A stretch of DNA of 64,000 nt from Macrostomum hystrix (taxonomy: Eukaryota > Animalia > Platyhelminthes), in NCBI GenBank assembly GCA_950097015.1, contig CATNEN010000003.1, positions 14,570,001 through 14,634,000 on the forward strand, in the 5' to 3' direction. Every line of letters begins with the position of its first letter. Within the stretch, counting starts at the first letter, position 1. A program made the position numbers and the translations under genes. This document shows positions 59,801-64,000 of this stretch, piece by piece. Under the pieces are notes generated by a model. It saw only the letters and a list, made by a program, of their open reading frames with translations, made no database searches and was not told the DNA's origin.

Positions 59801-62800
59801 AGCTTTCTAGTCTTCAGCATCAGATAGATTGTCTCCGCAGCCTAATTACGCAAGATAATGGTTAATAATTATGGGGCACGGCGTTGCTTTCAATACAGTC
59901 TATCACAATCTCTCACTCTACCTCTCACAGTCTATCACAATCTCTCACTCTACCTCTCACAGTCAATCACAATCTCTCACTCTACCTCTCACCGTCTATC
60001 ACAATCTCTCACTCTACCTCTCTCAATCTATCACAATCTCTCACTCTACCTCTCACAGTCAATAACAATCTCTCACTCTACCTCTCACAATCTGTCACAA
60101 TCTCTCACTCTACCTCTCACAATCTGTCACAATCTCTCACTCTACATCTCACAATCTGTCACAATCTCTCACTCTACCTCTCTCAGACTATCACAATCTC
60201 TCACTCTACCTCTCTCAATCTATCACAATCTCTCACTCTACCTCTCACAGTCAATAACAATCTCTCACTCTACCTCTCACAGTCAATAACAATCTCTCAC
60301 TCTACCTCTCACAGTCAATCACAATCTCTTACTCTACCTCTCACAGTCAATAACAATCTCTCACTCTACCTCTCACAATCTGTCACAATCTCTCACTCCA
60401 CCCCTCTCAATCTATCACAATCTCTCACTCTACCTCTCACAATCTGTCACAATCTCTCACTCTACCTCTCACAATCTGTCACAATCTCTCACTCTACATC
60501 TCACAATCTGTCACAATCTCTCACTCTACCTCTCTCAGACTATCACAATCTCTCACTCTACCTCTCTCAATCTATCACAATCTCTCACTCTACCTCTCAC
60601 AGTCAATCACAATCTCTCACTCTACCTCTCTCAATCTGTCACAATCTCTCACTCTACCTCTCTCAGACTATCACAATCTCTCACTCTACCTCTCTCAGTC
60701 TATCACAATCTCTCACTCTACCCCTCAAAGTCAATCACAATCTCTCACTCTACCTCTCACAGTCTGTCACAATCTCTCACTCTACCTCTCACAATCTGTC
60801 ACAATCTCTCACTCTACATCTCACAATCTGTCACAATCTCTCACTCTACCTCTCACAATCTGTCACAATCTCTCACTCTACATCTCACAATCTGTCACAA
60901 TCTCTCACTCTACATCTCACAATCTGTCACAATCTCTCACTCTACATCTCACAATCTGTCACAATCTCTCACTCTACATCTCACAATCTGTCACAATCTC
61001 TCACTCTACCTCTCTAAGTCTATCACAATCTCTCACTCTACCCCTCAAAGTCAATCACAATCTCTCACTCTACCTCTCAAAGTCAATCACAATCTCTCAC
61101 TCTACCTCTCTAAGTCTATCACAATCTCTCACTCTACCCCTCAAAGTCAATCACAATCTCTCACTCTACCCCTCAAAGTCAATCACAATCTCTCACTCTA
61201 CCCCTCAAAGTCAATCACAATCTCTCACTCTACCTCTCACCGTCTATCACAATCTCTCACTCTACATCTCACAATCTGTCACAATCTCTCACTCTACATC
61301 TCACAATCTGTCACAATCTCTCACTCTACCTCTCTAAGTCTATCACAATCTCTCACTCTACCCCTCAAAGTCAATCACTATCTCTCACTCTACCCCTCAA
61401 AGTCAATCACAATCTCTCACTCTACCCCTCAAAGTCAATCACAATCTCTCACTCTACCTCTCTCAATCTATCACAATCTCTCACTCTACCTCTCTCAATC
61501 TATCACAATCTCTCACTCTACCTCTCTCAATCTATCACAATCTCTCACTCTACCTCTCTCAATCTATCACAATCTCTCACTCTACCTCTCACAGTCAATA
61601 ACAATCTCTCACTCTACCTCTCAGTCTATCACAATCTCTCACTCTACCTCTCAGTCTATCACAATCTCTCACTCTACCTCTCACAATCTATCACAATCTC
61701 TCACTCTTACAGTCTCACAAAATTTCACATATAAATATTAAAGTAAGGCAAAAGTTAAAAGCATATCAACAAACTCACAATATTTGCCATGTAGACGGCA
61801 AGAAGACTGCGGCTAAAATATACAAACCAAAAGTGTTAGTTAGAATGCAGCAACTATTATTTGATACGTATTTTTAATCATTGCCTATTATTGTTAGACA
61901 TTTGTTTAACGGATTAATTAGTTAAAGCCAAACTAAATTACATCACCAAATTGGCCAAAAAACCTAACAATTGCTAACCTTAACTATATCTATTAAATGA
62001 ATTATGAATCAATTAATAACGAAGACGCTTATTACTTATTTCTTGCTGTTCAAGGTTGCAAAATAAAAATACCGTCAGTAATTGACAAACTTGGATCAAA
62101 AATAAAAGTTTGTGCATTATTACACGCCTATTTGAATTTAGTGAATTAAAACTGGTCAATATTGAGTGCAGCTTTTAAAGTACAAAAATGGCATTCCAGC
62201 CTGAAAGCTAAGCAAGTCCCTGAAGCTTGAAGACACTCCCTGAAGCTTAAAGACAGTATCCGAAGCTCGAAAATGCTCCCAAAAGCTTGAGGATACACCC
62301 TGAAGCTTGAAGACACTCCCTGAAGCTTAAAGACAGTATCCGAAGCTCGAAAATGCTCCCAAAAGCTTGAGGATACACCCTGAAGCTTGAAGACACTCAC
62401 TGAAGCTCTTCGACACTTTCTGAAGCTTTTTGACACTTCCTGAAGCTTGAGGATACTCCCTGAAGCTTGTATACACTCCCTGAAGCTTAAAGACACTCCC
62501 TGAAGCTTAAAGACACTCCCTGAAGCTTTTAGACAAACCTGAAGCTTGAAGACACTCCCTGAAGCTTGAAGACACTCCCTGAAGCTCTTCGACACTTTCT
62601 GAAGCTTTTTGACACTTCCTGAAGCTTGAGGATACTCCCTGAAGCTTGTATACACTCCCTGAAGCTTAAAGACACTCCCTGAAGCTTTTAGACAAACCTG
62701 AAGCTTGAAGACACTCACTGAAGCTTTTCGACACTCCCTGAAGCTTGAAGACGCTAACTGAAGCCTAAAGACACTCCCTGAAGCTTAAAGACACTCCCTG

Positions 62801-63267
62801 AAGCTTTTAGACAAACCTGAAGCTTGAAGACACTCACTGAAAATTTTCGACACTCCCTGAAGCTTAAATACACTTCCTGAAGCTTGAGGATACTCCCTGA
62901 GGCACGAAGACACCCCCTGAATCTTGAAGACACTATTTGAAGCTCGAAAACACTCCCTGAAGCTTAAAGATACTATCTGAAGCTCGAAAGCTTGCTGCTC
63001 AAAATCCGGTCCGAAGCTCGTCACATTAGCCCTGAAGCTTTGAAGCATCCGAAGTTCTGAAGATTTTCAACTAACAATTGCCATCGCCCTTTGCAAAATA
63101 AAAGCAAACAGAAGCAATGGTTAAGTTACGCATGTGCCTGCAGACCTACTAATTATTTTTATTTCATTTACCGCTGTTTCCGTTCAAATGACACGGAGAC
63201 TAACGAGCAAGTTAAAGTTGGCAGGAAGCCAGTATTGGCTAGCGTGAAGGTGTCAGTCAATGTCCGT
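47812..63267 (-). CDS. TMEM135: TMEM135 (partial; 5' exons beyond window). Exons 63267-63172, 61812-61779, 59841-59776, 59683-59637, 49518-49480, 49392-49203, 48519-47812
   Basis: Spliced product includes [98 protein letters not shown], which follows recalled TMEM135 sequence. Introns are GT-AG with matching phases. Confidence 0.92.
48725..49172. repeat. ~28-bp degenerate minisatellite in a TMEM135 intron
   Basis: gggggatttgggaatacaatatgatatt variants. Confidence 0.9.
49628..51482. repeat. 21-bp minisatellite (gacacacagaacagacagact) with a block duplication offset by ~1035 bp
   Basis: Direct periodicity; identical ORF-track starts at 50361 and 51396. Confidence 0.95.
52790..53640. repeat. 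16-17-bp minisatellite (aaacccgaaactttat) with a 225-bp higher-order unit x3
   Basis: ccgaaactaaaaaacccgac recurs at 52811, 53036 and 53261. Confidence 0.92.
54216..54430 (+). mobile_element. tRNA-derived SINE family B
   Basis: Homologous to 10735-10927; 3' stem-loop gtgtacactgcctgac..gtcagggcagatgtacac. Confidence 0.7.
55605..57148. repeat. 27-bp polypurine minisatellite
   Basis: agagagggaaggagaggagaggagaga, about 57 copies. Confidence 0.95.
57912..58590. repeat. 21-bp minisatellite (gaggagaagatgggagaatgt)
   Basis: Direct periodicity. Confidence 0.95.
59420..59625 (-). mobile_element. SINE family A
   Basis: B-box ggttcgattc, CORE-like domain and cagtccatggactg; begins within a few tens of bases of a TMEM135 splice donor. 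Confidence 0.7.
59895..61708. repeat. 32-bp minisatellite (tcacaatctctcactctacctctcacagtcta)
   Basis: Fills nearly all of intron 59842-61778. Confidence 0.95.
62200..63060. repeat. 20-bp minisatellite (cctgaagcttgaagacactc)
   Basis: Direct periodicity. Confidence 0.93.
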
Positions 63268-63440
63268 CTAAAAAAACAGTATAGCGGCACAAGAAAAATT
63301 CAAGTTTTGAGTTTAAATGGGATTATGAGTAACTATTGAGCAAACTAATCAAAGAAACTTGTTTTTTTCGTGAACTATAAATTAACTTGTCGTGTGTCAT
63401 AACCAGGAATATGAATAGGAATAGGAATAGATATAACGAA

Positions 63441-63915
63441 ACTGAGCAGATTCCAATCCACTCACTAAGCAGATTCCAATCCACTCACTGAGCAGATTCC
63501 AATCCACTCACTAAGCAGATTCCAATCCACTCACTGAGCAGATTCCAATCCACTCACTAAGCAGATTCCAATCCACTCACTAAGCAGATTCCAATCTACT
63601 CACTAAGCAGATTCCAATCTACTCACTAAGCAGATTCCAATCCACTCACTAAGCAGATTCCAATCCACTTATTGAGCAGATTCCAATCCACTTACTAAGC
63701 ATATTCCAATCCACTCACTAAGCAGATTCCAATCCACTTATTGAGCAGATTCCAATCCACTTATTGAGCAGATTCCAATAAAAACATTGGGCAGATTCCA
63801 AGAAACACATTGAGCAGATTCCAGTAAAAACATTGGGCAGATTCCAATAAACACATTGAGCAGATTCAAATAAACTCACTGAGCAGATTCCAATAAACTC
63901 ATTGAGCAGATTCCA
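63441..63915. repeat. 23-bp minisatellite (agcagattccaatccactcacta)
   Basis: Direct periodicity. Confidence 0.93.
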
Positions 63916-64000
63916 AATGCTTTATTAAGCCAATACCTACTCAATCAATTACAGGGCCAATACCAAATCCTTAATTAACTTTTTACTGACTGATATATAA

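Noticed and set aside
59858-61017. Ser/Leu/His-rich ORFs
   Set aside because: 32-bp minisatellite translation

Overview
Eukaryotic (animal) genomic DNA, intron- and minisatellite-rich. Its overall style resembles a free-living flatworm such as Macrostomum; this is inference only. Host genes reconstructed by hand from splice sites: a complete 9-exon cystathionine beta-synthase (minus strand, 14285-26733), the last 7 exons of TMEM135 (minus, 47812-63267, continuing beyond the window), a 2-exon NPF/NPY-family neuropeptide precursor (35243-35695), a single-exon Cys-rich type I membrane protein with polyQ tail (7358-8818), an unrecognised 3-exon membrane protein gene (11093-12897) and a disrupted cyclophilin. 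Mobile DNA: an apparently intact, young Ty3/Gypsy element (36301-45452) with 670-bp LTRs, tRNA-Leu PBS, a -1 frameshift signal, a repeat/spacer array inside pol and an extra third ORF; a related solo LTR; a 5'-inverted Penelope-like fragment carrying minimal hammerhead ribozymes inserted into the cyclophilin; a non-LTR RT 3' end; mariner and Tc1-like relics; a Crypton tyrosine-recombinase relic; two tRNA-derived SINE families; and clusters of palindromic elements. Most long introns carry their own distinct tandem repeat, several with higher-order structure. All coordinates were counted by eye and may be off by a few bases.
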